The notes beneath the pieces were generated by a model. It made no database searches. It was not told the origin of the DNA and was given only the letters and a program-made list of their open reading frames with translations. This document shows, in pieces, positions 24,461 through 36,114 of a stretch of DNA of 64,000 nucleotides; position 1 is the first letter of the stretch; every line of letters starts with the position of its first letter. The stretch comes from Felis catus (lineage: Eukaryota). Location: positions 54,934,001 through 54,998,000 of the forward strand of contig NC_058382.1 of the NCBI RefSeq assembly GCF_018350175.1. The letters are read 5' to 3'. The position numbers and the translations under genes are program-made.

Positions 24461-25129
24461 GGTTAGCTTTGCAGGGCCTCGCTTTGCTCGCCGGAGGACG
24501 CAGTGTGCCTACCGAGCGTGTGTAGGGAGCGGTCACTAAGTGGTAGACACTCACCGAGCGAGGGCCTCCCTTATTGTTGGTATTATTACTATTTCGTGCT
24601 TCATCTTGAAAGTCGAGGCACTGCCTCCGAAAGTTCCCCAGAGCGCGGGCAGAGGCCGAGCACGTGCAGGGCGCCTGGAGGCACCAGTCTGGAGGAGGTG
24701 GCAGGCAGACCCCCTCTGGCCCCTCCCCTGCCCATCACCCGTGGGCATCCTCTGGGCGGCCGAGGAGTCCCCGGACGGGGAAGGAAGATCCTGGAGACTA
24801 GTGTTTGCTTTTTCCTGCCGTCTGATTCCAGGCAGGACAGGAGAGGGGCACCTTGGGAGCCCTGCTCACGGCCCCACTGCCACCCCGTGTGGGTCCGCGT
24901 GTCTCCACCAGGCTGGTCTCTGTCGGGGTTCCTGTACCCGGGCACGTCCCGGGCAGCCTGCGGTCAGGCTGCGTCTCGTGGCCAGGACTTTCAGGAATGC
25001 ACCCTCTTGACCACACAAGCGAGGCCACACATGCCTGATTGTAGTGAACTCTGAACTCTTTAAAGGAGTGTGAGCCTCACACAGTGCCCTCAGTAAGGAC
25101 TTGTTACCTTAAATCGCTTTCACGCCCCT

Positions 25130-25660
25130 TGCTTTATGGATTCATTTACTATTTGCATTTCTTTTGCTCGTTGTTGAGGTCTTTGTGTTTCATTTTTAAT
25201 TGGGGTATGTCTAGAATCTTTTATTTTTTTAGAAAAAGGAGTTTGTGAGGGTTTCATCTTTGAGATAGAAACATTGTTAATCTTTTTTAAAACCTCAGGT
25301 CAATGATTGTCACCCCTTCCCACTTCTCTTGTCCAGCCTCTCAATTTTGTGTGGGGAATTTATTTGACATAGAGAAGTTTTACGTTTTCCTGCGGTCAGA
25401 TCTTAGTGTCTTAATTAGTGGCTTCTTAATGAAATGCCTTAGTTAGTGGTTTAAAAAGTTCTTCCAAATTTCAAGACTGGGCAAAAATTCCCCATTGTTT
25501 CTTTTTCTTTCTTTCTTTTTTTTAAGACATAACTGTAAAATTAGTCTAGAATTAATTTTTGGTATAAAGTGTAAGGCGAGGCATAGTGCTGTTCTTCCCC
25601 TCCAAATAGTTAACAAAATTGTCTACTAGTATTCACCAGTGTTCCCTTCCCCTCTGCTTT
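25130..25660 (-). mobile_element. Ancient L1 fragment
   Basis: T-rich: tagaattaatttttggtataaagtgtaaggcgagg, agaagttttacgtttt; continues ~26200-26340. Confidence 0.55.
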
Positions 25661-25712
25661 AAAATGTCACTATTATCATGAAAATAAACATTAAAAACAT
25701 TGAAAGAAAAAA

Positions 25713-25930
25713 GGGCGCCTGGGTGGCGCAGTCGGTTAAGCGTCCGACTTCAGCCAGGTCACGATCTCGCGGTCCGTGAGTTCGAGCCCCGCCTCGGGCT
25801 CTGGGCTGATGGCTCAGAGCCTGGAGCCTGTTTCCGATTCTGTGTCTCCCTCTCTCTCTGCCCCTCCCCCGTTCATGCTCTGTCTCTCTCTGTCCCAAAA
25901 ATAAATAAACGTTGAAAAAAAATTTTTTTT
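25713..25930 (+). mobile_element. Young CAN-SINE (SINEC_Fc)
   Basis: gggcgcctgggtggcgcagtcggttaagcgtccgacttcagccaggtcacgatctcgcggtccgtgagttcgagcccc; CpGs intact. Confidence 0.97.
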
Positions 25931-25981
25931 AAATGTCACTATTATCATGAAAATAAACATTAAAAACATTGAAAGAAAAAA

Positions 25982-26198
25982 GGGAGCCTGGGTGGCTCAG
26001 TCGGTTAAGCGTCCGACTTCAGCTCAGGTCATGATCTCATAGTTCACGAGTTTGAGCCCCGTGTTGGGCTCTGTGCTGACAGCTCAGAGCCTGGAGCCTG
26101 CTTCAAATTCTGTGTCTCCCTCCCTCTCTCTCTGCCCCTTCCCCACTCACTCTCTGTGTTTCTCTCTCAAAAATGAATGAACATTAAAAAAATTTTGT
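25982..26198 (+). mobile_element. CAN-SINE (SINEC_Fc-type)
   Basis: gggagcctgggtggctcagtcggttaagcgtccgacttcagctcaggtcatgatctc... Confidence 0.97.
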
Positions 26199-26349
26199 AA
26201 ATGGCACTATTACCATGTACTAAAGCTTTCAAATACGTGTCAAAGCCTCTTCTAGGCTTTCTGTTAGTTACTGCTGATTTTCTGTCCTTGCTCTAGCCCC
26301 ATACTGTTCTAGTTATTTATTCTAGATTCATAGTGTTTGAAAGTTGAAC

Positions 26350-26430
26350 CCTTCATTTTGTAGATGAAGGAACAGAGGCACAGAGAGGTCAAGTACTTGG
26401 CCCAGTCCCACGGCTAGATGGGGGCTCCAG
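26350..26430 (-). mobile_element. MIR core
   Basis: cattttgtagatgaaggaacagaggcacagagaggtcaagtacttggccc. Confidence 0.75.
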
Positions 26431-28092
26431 ATCTCATATGCATGTAGCTTCCAGCATATTTGACCTTTCTCATAGGTTGTGTCTCAGTGTGCCTTTCTGT
26501 ACATCCTACATACGTATCATGCTTGCTCGCGGCATATCACTGAGATGCCTTTTTTCTTTTTAAGCAGCCGGGATCAGTTCTGTCTCTGTCTGGGTGGACC
26601 CAGTTATAAGTATCTGCCACGTAAGAGTTATCATCACGAGTGAGATTAGATACGTGAATTTGATAGTACTATACCTGGTACATAAAAACTTTTCGTCTGT
26701 TAATAATAACATAACATTACTTGTCAGTGTTAGTGATTTTCTGTAAGGTGTCTCTTCACTTCATACCTTTCACCTTTGAGCAGAATTCATAGTAAATACA
26801 CTGTAGTCGCATGTCCTTGAATTTCCCAAATATTCCCAGTGGCAAATATTTGACTCGATTGCCCACGCCTCCCTCCACCCAATAAATTATTGAGACAGCC
26901 CCACACTCTAAAAGGGCTGAAAGCGATTACAGTAATAAAAGGTTATACACCTGAACATTCTTATGAACTACAAGGACTCTGGGTCAATTCCTGTGTCTTG
27001 GGCTGCTGGAGAAACCTGTCGACTCTAACTAACTTCAAGGTAAGTGCATCTTGGATCTCTCCCCAGGGAGTTGTGTCGCCCACGGGCCGAGAGAACCTCA
27101 GTGATGTGGGACCCCAAGTCTGCAGTGTCTTGTGCGTGCACTGGAGTGTGCACCTGTGGGTCAGCGTGATCCCAGTCTGCAGCATAAATTCCTAGGTGGA
27201 GACAGAAAGCACCCCACCCCAAGGTCTGTAACGCAGACCGGGCAACATAAAGAATTTCCCTGTAAAAACTTTGAAATGAGGTGTTAATTGCTTTAGAATC
27301 ACAGGAGGAGAGACCAAGAAGAGACCTGTTTGCTGTGAAAGCTAATAATTGGTTCCTTGAATCCATTTAGAGGGTGACAAGCAAGGATGCTGGGAAGTGA
27401 CCCCTCACACCCCCCCCCCCCGCCCCGCTGAGGAAATCAGACGTCACCACCTTGTCTTGCGCATGTGGGTGTGATGGGGGTGGCGGTGAGCCTGGGTTTG
27501 TGTCCACATTAACAGGCTGACACCATCCTTCCTCATGCTCTGCGGGAACCTATGCCTGGTGGCTCCTCGACTTGGAAAATAGGTGGTCTTGCTTTGGAAT
27601 TCAGTCAGGAGTGAGCTTTCAGCTGAAGTGGGAAGGTGCTATCCAAGAGTGGGGTCCGTCTCGAGTGGGATTACTGAGCCTCTTGTCACCTCTTCCTGGA
27701 ACCAAGATGGGGAGAACAAGGATAAATGGCCACCCCTGTCCCGCGGGGTTGCTCACTTGGACCAGGGGATGAGGACGCACCCAGGAAACAGAGAACAAGG
27801 CGGGAGAGCAAGTGTACTTGGGGATGGCAGATGCGTTTCAGGGATGGGACCGCCTGGAGCATTGTCTTGGGAAGGATTCTGAGGCTGCTTTTGAGCTCAG
27901 CAGGGAAGATCTGGACTCTCTTTCCATGAGGAGGAAGGGGCAGTGGTGCCTGAGAGATAAAGGAATCTATAGAGACACAAAACAGAACTGGGGGCCAAAA
28001 AGAGGCTTTACAAAACGGGGGAGGGAGACCACGAAGCACAGATACAAGTTGTTTATTTTTGTTTAGTTTTATGATTAAGAAATATGAAGATA

Positions 28093-28305
28093 GGGGCTCC
28101 TGGGTGGCTCAGTCAGTTAAGACTTTGGCCCAGGTCTTCATCTGGCTGCTTGTGGGTTCGAGCCCCATGTCGGGCTCTGTGCTGACAGCTCGGAGCCTGA
28201 AGCCTGCTTCGGATTCTGGGTCTCCCTCTCTCTCTCTCTCTCTGCCCCTTCCCCGCTCATGCTCTGTCTCTTTCAAAAATAAACATTCCAAAAAATAAAA
28301 AAAAA
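28093..28305 (+). mobile_element. CAN-SINE (SINEC_Fc-type)
   Basis: ggggctcctgggtggctcagtcagttaag...; TSD aagaaa(t/c)atgaa. Confidence 0.95.
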
Positions 28306-28699
28306 GAAACATGAATGTAAAATATTCAAAGAGTAGAAAAGGAGAACCAGAAAACCATCAGGAATTCCGCTCATCAGAATAATAATTGTGGTTATTTGTG
28401 GCTGCATTTCCTAGTCCTCGGCTAGATCCGTGTGCATGTTTTAACACAGTTTTCCAAAAGGGTGGCATTTTGTATCCTCTTTTCTCTTTTAACAGCTATC
28501 ACACTTTGTTCATCTTTGCATGCCTTAAGGCAAGATCTTGAAAAAAAACGTAAGCCCAAGGGTACAGCTTGGTGCCTTTCTCCCCAATCATTTACTGTGG
28601 GGCATTATAAATTGACCTTCAGGGATAAAATTCTCACTTAACAGTTCATTCTTTTTGTGGTTGTGGTAAAATACACATAGAATTTACTGTCTTTACCAT

Positions 28700-28920
28700 T
28701 TTTTTAAAGAGTTTAAGTTTTAATGTTTGTTTTTGTTATTTGAGTGTGTGTGTGTGTGTGTGTGTGTGGGTGTGTGTGTGTGTGTGAGCGCGCGCGCGCA
28801 CATAAGTGGGGCAGGGCAGGGAGAGGACAGAGGATCTGAAGTGGGCTCGAACTCACGAACTGTGAGATCATGACCTAAGCTGAAGTCAGATATTTAACAA
28901 CTGAGCCACCCAGGCGCCCC
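28700..28920 (-). mobile_element. CAN-SINE with internal deletion and (TG)n(GC)n tract, inserted in an L1MB-type fragment (~28655-28990)
   Basis: gggctcgaactcacgaactgtgagatcatgacc...ctgagccacccaggcgcccc. Confidence 0.9.
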
Positions 28921-29057
28921 TCTTTTAACGACCCTTAACTGAATAGTTAAGTAGCACTAAGTATGTTCACATTGTAGTGCAACCAATCTGTGTGAATTTA
29001 TATAGTTAGTCTGAAGTCCTGCAGCCCCTTGGGATGGGCACCTATTCCTGACCTTTA

Positions 29058-29178
29058 TTTTTATTTTTAGAGCCTAAAATAGAGCCCAGTGCAGGGCTCG
29101 AACTCACAACCCTGAGATCAAGACCTGAGCTGAGATCAAGAGTTGGACGCTTAACCGACAGAGCCCCCCAGGCGCCCC
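29058..29178 (-). mobile_element. Short CAN-SINE
   Basis: gggctcgaactcacaaccctgagatcaagacctgagctgagatcaagagttggacgcttaaccgac...ggcgcccc; TSD ttcctgaccttta. Confidence 0.92.
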
Positions 29179-29819
29179 ATAGTTCCTGACCTTTAGAGGA
29201 GGTGGATAGAGTTTAGTGCAGGAGGCGAGGGAGGAACAGCACGCACAGCAGGGTCTCCGCAGTAGGGGTGATTACCTCCCCAGGACCCCCCATTGTATAG
29301 TTGATGAAACAGAGGTGCAGGTTGTCGTTGCTTTTTGGTGTAGGGGGGGATAAATGTTAGTGAAACCTAACATAAATCTGGGAAGGTGCAGATACTGTTC
29401 AGCCGAGTGCATTTTCTCCAACTTTTGCGTGACTTCTACAAACAAGTAACTTGCCACGGACCTTAGAACCAGTCGGGTGCAGACCTGGGATGCCGACTTG
29501 GGTCCGCCCCGCCTGCTCTGCCATCATCATGCCTTTTAGGGGACATCTCGGTAGGGCTCCCGAGAGTAAAGTTGGATAGAAATGGACAGATCGGGGGTTT
29601 TGTGAATGTTCAGTGGTGGAATTAGACGTAGGCGTTCCAGGAGCCACTCCTGTTGAACAGTGGAGGGACAGGGAGTCTGGGTGCTGAGGGATGGAGTACA
29701 GGGCAAAGGTCAGCCAAAAGAGCTGCTGAGAGTTCTCAGGGGGAGAAGCAAAACCCTGGGTGCAGAATCTTGGGCAAGTGGGGCTACAGGGCGAATGTGG
29801 GAGTCGGGGAGAGACCCGT

Positions 29820-30015
29820 AATAACTGATATTTGCCAAGGGCTAATGTGCTGGACACTGTGCCACGCACATGACACGTCTTACTGCCCCCCACGTCCGCC
29901 ACCTGCCTGTGAGGTAGGTAATACCATCGTACCCGCTTTTAGATGGGAGAACCGAGTCTCGGGTGGGTGAAATGCCTTGCCCTAGGTTAAGTATCCAGTG
30001 AGGAGGAGGGGCGGG
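29820..30015 (-). mobile_element. MIR SINE
   Basis: cctgtgaggtaggtaataccatcgtacccgcttttagatgggagaaccgag...ccttgccctagg. Confidence 0.75.
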
Positions 30016-32344
30016 ATTGGGGCAATATTGTTCTCAGAATGTCACCCACGGCCACCACATTGTATGGGCTGCCCACAGGCACTCGTGGGTTAACGATGCC
30101 CAAGAAATAGCGAGCCAGCAGTGGGGTCTCCTGCTTGTGGGAGAAAGATTCCGTATCTGCCTTCCCGGGGTTTGTTGGAACAGTGGAAACACGGTCAAAA
30201 CCGGTTTCATCGTCATTCGTTAAGTGTGCTGTGGGTTAGCTGGAGTTTTCTCAGTGGATTTGCTTGAAGCTGGCGGGTACCTCTGTATTCTTACTTCATA
30301 AGCGGAGTAAGTTGATATCTGCAATTTAAGAAGAGCCTGGTTTTGGTAGGAAGTTGATTCAATTACCATTTTATAAGATTTTCTTGGTCTGGTCTTGATC
30401 CTGTGGATTTCTCTTGGTTACAGTAATTTCTGGGTGGTGATCTATCCCCTGTCATTTAAGCCAAGTGACACTGGCATTCGGTGCACCCAAAGAACATACT
30501 AGAACAGCCTTGTTCCAAGAAGATAGAAAGAGGCATTAGGTGAAGTGGCATGGAACATCTCAAACTGAGACTGTGTTGTGATCTCAGGCAAGGATGTGAT
30601 TATCTGATTCTGCCCGCCCCCCCCCCCCCCCGCAGGCAGGTTGATTCCTTCTGAGGTCATTAATTTCATCCACATCCAGGGGGAAATTGTGTTCATTTTG
30701 AATTAAAATAAAAGTAATGGGGTTCATCTGGTTTTGGAAACCTTAATCTCTTAAAGCTGATACGATCCGTCTGTCTATAAGTTCATCATGGGTCAGAACA
30801 ACAGTATTTATATTCATACACACAGGACATTCGATTAGATAGCACAGAGGAAGAACACATACTGATGGGGCGTGATTACCGTGAACTCAGGCAGCCCAGA
30901 TTCTCCGGTCCTCCTGAATGTCATATTAGCTGGGGATATCCCTTTTGTGACGCAGGATCTTGCAGCAAAACAGTTGGGTGTAGCCGCCTGAGAGAAAGAA
31001 ACGCTCGCAGCAGGGATTTTCCAAGCAGGCGCCTCAATTGCACAGAAAAACATCTTGACAATGTTTCCACGAGCCCAGCAGTCCGAGGGTTTTGTGCACA
31101 ACGTTGAAAGGGCTCTAACCAGGGCATCCTTGGGGCTTGATAGTGGTGGACGGGGACACTGCCAAGTATCTGGCTGTCCCGGGGGCCTGACACAGATGTT
31201 TGCGGGGCCCACGGTGATGCAAAGAATCGAGGGCCCTTTTGGAAGCACAGGCTGCAAGATCGGTGTTTTCAGGTGCAAAGGAAAGGGCAACGTTTATACG
31301 GAACTGCACTCTTCTGCTCAGGAATCCTGTGCTAGCTCTCACTGCTTTTGGGAAACCTTCAGGATTCTCGGCCTGGGGCCTGGGGACGGGGGATGGTTCC
31401 ATCTGGACCTGTGTCTCCCACCTTCTCCTGTTCCGTGGAGTTCACTTACCTGGCTCCAGCCAAAGGGTCTGTTCCCTTTGTTCGGCCGGGCCACGCCGAC
31501 CACCTCCAAGCGCTCACTGTCCTCTTTGCAAAGACCGATCTTCCCTCCCACCTCCACTCTTTCCCCGCTAATTCCCCTCTTGTTCTCAGCCTCAAGGCCA
31601 CTGTCATAGGGGGCCCCTGCCACAGGGGACCTTTTGTGGTCCTCCCTGACCTCCGCAGCCTGGGACAGGATAGGTCGGTAATTCTCTTTGTGGGCTTTAC
31701 CAGCGCAAGCACAATTCACATGAAATAATGACTCATCCATTGGTGGTTTTGTGTCCTTCTCCACCACGTTCGTATCGCTGCCCCCTCCTCCCCATGCCAC
31801 GCGGAGCATGTACCAGCATCCAGTGATGGGGGGTCCCCTGGGAGATGAAGACAAAACAAACTTTTGTAGCGAATGGGGGTTGGCAGGACTTGTCTCATTG
31901 CAGAATAATCTCCACCACCTTGGAAGTACCCTCCGAGTGCCACTTCTTGGTGAATTGTGAGACACATGGCATGTCGGGTTAAATGGAGGAAATCTCAAGG
32001 GTTGTTGAGCGGTTGGTTGCTGTGGCAGCTTCGTGCGTACATTGACCTTGGGGTCTGGTCAGAACATGCTGGTTTGATGACTCCACTAACTGTTTCTGGT
32101 CCTGCCCATTGAAGATGTCCAGCCAGGGATGGTTTGACCATGCCATTCACTGCTCCCCCAGCCAAGAGGCAGACAGCCGCTCCTTTGAAGCCAAATGAAA
32201 ATGTTTCTTATTTTGAATGTTATTTTCATTTCTTTTTTTCTTTTTTTTTTTTTTTAAGCTGCACACTTACTGGGCTCTGGGCTTATTTGTTTTAAGTGCT
32301 GAACTCTTCTGTTAAAGTTTTATTGATTAAAAAAAAAAAAACTT

Positions 32345-32511
32345 GGGGCACCTGGGTGGCTCAGTCGGTTAAGCACCCAACTTCAGCTCAGGTCACGATC
32401 TCAAGGTTTGTGGGTTCTAGCCCTGTGTCAGGCTCTGTGCTGATAGCTCAGACCTGGAGCCTGCTTTGGATTCTGTGTGTCTCTCTCTCTCTGCCCCTCC
32501 CACACTCACAC

Positions 32512-32550
<39 letters not shown>

Positions 32551-32584
32551 GAAAAATAAACATTAAAAACATTAAAAAATAAAA
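32345..32584 (+). mobile_element. CAN-SINE (SINEC_Fc-type)
   Basis: ggggcacctgggtggctcagtcggttaagcacccaacttcagctcagg... Confidence 0.97.
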
Positions 32585-32600
32585 CTCAGTTATGTACTTA

Positions 32601-32808
32601 AAAAAATTTTTTTTCATTTATTTATTTTTGAGAGACAGAAAGAGTACAAGTGGGGAGGGGCAGAGAGGGAAGGAGACAGAATCCAAAGCAGGCTCCAGGC
32701 TCTGAGCTGTCCGCACAGAGCCCAACGCGGGGCTCGAACTCACAAACTGTGAGATCATGACCTGAGCCGAAGTCGGACGCTTAACTCACTGAGCCACCCA
32801 GGCACCCC
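32601..32808 (-). mobile_element. CAN-SINE (SINEC_Fc-type)
   Basis: Reverse-complement SINE; TSD ctca(g/a)ttat(g/a)tactta at 32585-32600 and 32809-32824. Confidence 0.97.
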
Positions 32809-33078
32809 CTCAATTATATACTTATATTCTTCTCATGGAAAACGATGCCTTACAGAAAAATGTGAAGTACCCCTTCCTCCACTACCAGTCCCATTCCTGT
32901 CCCACATCCTGCTTTTCCAGTCTTTCTCTATGTTTCTGTATGTTCATGCTCAAGCATATTGTTTTATAGGAAGTGTATGGTATAATTTTATATAAGAGTT
33001 TATTTATACATAAGAGGAATCCTGTTGTAGGTACCATCCTGCAGTTTGCCTTTTCACTTAATAAAAGACTTTGTGGAG

Positions 33079-33191
33079 GGAGGCACCTGAGTGGCCCAGT
33101 TGGTTGAGTGTCTGGTTCTTGGTTTCGGCTCAAGTCAAGATCCCAGGGTGGTGGGATCGAGCCCTGAGCATGGAGCCTGCTTAAGATATTC

Positions 33192-33231
<40 letters not shown>

Positions 33232-33262
33232 CCCCTCTCTGTCCGAAAGAGAGAAAAAGAGG
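33079..33262 (+). mobile_element. Older CAN-SINE inserted in an antisense L1M fragment (~32830-33310)
   Basis: ggaggcacctgagtggcccagttggttgag...gggatcgagccctg...(CT)n; TSD agactttgtggag. Confidence 0.9.
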
Positions 33263-34429
33263 GTAAGTCAGACTTTGTGGAGATGTATCCATGTTAGTTC
33301 AATGGAACCATATAAATTGTGCTAACCTGACTTACTCCTCTAACTGTAAATGGCAGAAGATTTAACAGATGGGCTGGGATTCCCAACACCCTGCCGTCTA
33401 CTCCCTCGGCACTGGCTGGAGTACAAGCTGGTAGGGCACTCTGGGAAGGCTGCGCTTCTCTTCCGGCAAGTTCTGTTGCATGTTACCAAGGGCCAGTTGT
33501 GCCTGTCCCAGACCTGATCAGGCTGATTGTAGGTGTTATTGTAATTACACAATTTACTTGAAGATTATATAAACTTCTGGAACACCAGTGCGAAAAGAGA
33601 GTGGTCGTTTATATGAAAGCCAAACGGAATGCTTCCGAAAGTCTCAGTAGAGAGTTGCTGAAAACCAGGCTGTTGTGGGTGAGACAGCGGAGAAGGCCAT
33701 ACTACCACCGGCCTCGTGGAGGTCTTTAAGGAAACAGGAATTGGATGTTGTCTGTTGCAAATCGCTTGGGGTTTATGTGAGCAAGATAGTGGGGACGTCA
33801 GAGGCGGGGCCATCCTCAAGGAAGAGGCATTGTCCCTACCATGAAAGATGGGGAACAAATACACATTTTGCGTGTTTCCAGTAAAAATAACACACCTGTT
33901 TCATTTCATAATAACGATTGACTTCTTTTGGGCTCATCGCCAGTCACTGGTCCTGGTAGCTGGAGACCCACCGTTCTCTGTTCACATTCCATGAAATGCT
34001 TGTCCCTCCACCTCCGGCCCTGTCAGTGGATGTGAAGGTCATTTCTCACCGTTCACGTGTAAACACAGTGCAGGAGCAAACAGCTCTTCTGAGATTGTGT
34101 GCACAGATCAGTTGTGGGTACATGCTGAGGCGCAGAATTGCTGGGTGTGGGCTCACTTGGTCGGCAGGGAAGCTGGAGCTCCATGACCCAGGACGGGTTT
34201 TTACCTGGGAAGGAGGGTTGCACAGGGGCCGTATGTTAAACGTGAACGTATTCAACCAGTGCTTGGGTCTCTTTACTTAGCAGGCGTTTCTCGTGCCTCA
34301 CTTGGTGTGCCGGGGGCTGCGGTGGGCCTTGGGGGTTAGGAGATTCCCATGCCTGGCCTCGCGAAGCAGGCCACATTATTCTGTATGTGGGAGAACAGAC
34401 TGCCTGAGTCTCTGGACCTTCGTCTGAGC

Positions 34430-34790
34430 GGAATGCTCTCCATCTGTCCTGGTCACCTCGGACCACCTTAACACAATACCACCGACTTGGGGGGCTTGAG
34501 CAACAGACATTTGTCACAGCTCTGAGGCTGGAAGTCTAAGGCCAGGGTGCCAGCCTAATCGGTGCCTCGCGAGAGCCCTCTTCCCGGGCTTCCCCCCGTG
34601 TCCCCACGCGGCCGAGACCGAGGGCTCTGGGCTCCCTCTTCTTGCAAGAGGTTCCCACTCTCATGTCCTCCTCTAACCCCAATTATTCCCCGAAGGCCTC
34701 GCTTCCCAATCTCATCACAATGGGGGTTAGGGCCTCAGCGTGTGGATTTGGGGGGTGGGTATTGGAGACACAAACATCCAGTCTGTACCA
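34430..34790 (-). mobile_element. MLT1 LTR
   Basis: aacacaataccaccgacttggggggcttgagcaacagacattt...tcacagctctgaggctggaagtctaag...cacaatgggggttagggcctcagc. Confidence 0.85.
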
Positions 34791-35464
34791 TCCCCATCAT
34801 GGGAGAGCAGAGAGGGGAGCATTTTACAGGGGGGCAGAATTTATAAGATTGACTTGTAGCTTTGCTTTTGAGGGGGTTGTGAATTTTCTGTTCTAGGCTT
34901 AGTGAAAGGCAAGTTCAGGGGTCCATTCCAAAGAGTGTCCGTCTGAGCCCCTGCTGACTTGGAATGTGTGAGGTGGGGGAGGGCAAAGGTCTGGCGTCGT
35001 GGGACCCCTGTGTCCCTCCTGGTTCTGCCCAGTGCTTGCTCTGTGGCCTCGAAGAGATTGCTTCACCTCTCTGGGCCTCAGCGTACACATCTGATAGGTG
35101 GGCTGGGTCGGGCTTGGGCAATCCGAAGACAGAATGGTCCTGAGATGGCACAGAGTTTGTGGCTGTCTTGGCCTTGGGCAGAATGATGCCCTTCCCTCTC
35201 CTCACATCACAGCCAAGGCTGCACGACAGCCCCAGAGCCTTCTTGGTTGGCACCATGAGAACGTTCTAGAGCAATCACGTTCACCCCCATAGATGGCTGC
35301 TTACCGCGAAGGCATTTTATCGGCCAGCCATTCCCACGTTAAGGTCCAGGGCTGCTGGGACTCTGCCGTTGCCCTTCTGGGCCCTGCTGCACCTGTCTGT
35401 GGCCCTGCCTTGGCCCAGTGAGCAGTGGGTCTGAATGTGATGAGAAGGAGGTCAGTCGGGAGAA

Positions 35465-35620
35465 CGAGAGTCTGAGCCTTGAAGGAAGAAGGCCTGGGTT
35501 CAAATTCAGCCTTTAGCTCTGTGATTTCAGGCATGTTACTTTCCCCCTCTGTGCCTCAGTTTCCACACATGGATAAAACAGACTACCGTCTTAGAACAGT
35601 GCCAGGCCTGACAAAGGTGG
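35465..35620 (+). mobile_element. MIR SINE
   Basis: cctgggttcaaattcagc...tctgtgcctcagtttccacac...ttagaacagtgcc. Confidence 0.8.
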
Positions 35621-36063
35621 AGTTCAGTTCCCTGCGACGAAGAGAAATCCTTTGGCCCTGGAAGTCTCTCTTTCCAAGGAAGTAACTAAGTTTGAGTTCA
35701 TTGTTTAAAAATTGACTCTTTCCAATCCAGCTGTGACCCCTGAAGTCCCTTCTATTTCAGAACTTCCCCTCTCTCTGTAAAGAAAAGAGTATACTGAGCT
35801 AATTGCTGGTATGAACCATATTGCAGGGAAAAAGGTTTATCCTGCTTAGGAGAATGCAGCTATTTTAAGGAACCTTTAGCACATTTTTATTTGCATCCAC
35901 CTGCTGCAAGAAATCTCCATTGTGAACGAGCCTCCTTGGGGTAACCGTTCTCCTTGGAGATCAGACCCTCCGCTCAGGAGAAAGGGGGAGGGGTAGAGCG
36001 TACCAGGTGCAGGCCCCGCGTGGTGAGGTCGCCCCCCATCATTCTACCCTTCGTGGGGTTCCC

Positions 36064-36114
36064 TGATCGCCTCCCCTTGCTGCACCGCGGTTCTGAATTT
36101 GTGGAGACAGACCC
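36064..36114 (+). repeat. Left arm of perfect 51-bp inverted repeat
   Basis: tgatcgcctccccttgctgcaccgcggttctgaatttgtggagacagaccc is the exact reverse complement of 37005-37055. Confidence 0.97.

Noticed and set aside
25713..25790. tRNA-like A/B-box sequences (tggcgcagtcgg, gagttcgagccc)
   Set aside because: These are the tRNA-derived heads of CAN-SINEs, not tRNA genes.
31700..32340. Possible processed pseudogene ending in ATTAAA + poly-A
   Set aside because: The A-run directly precedes a SINE head and is its likely target site; no parent gene or TSD recognised.
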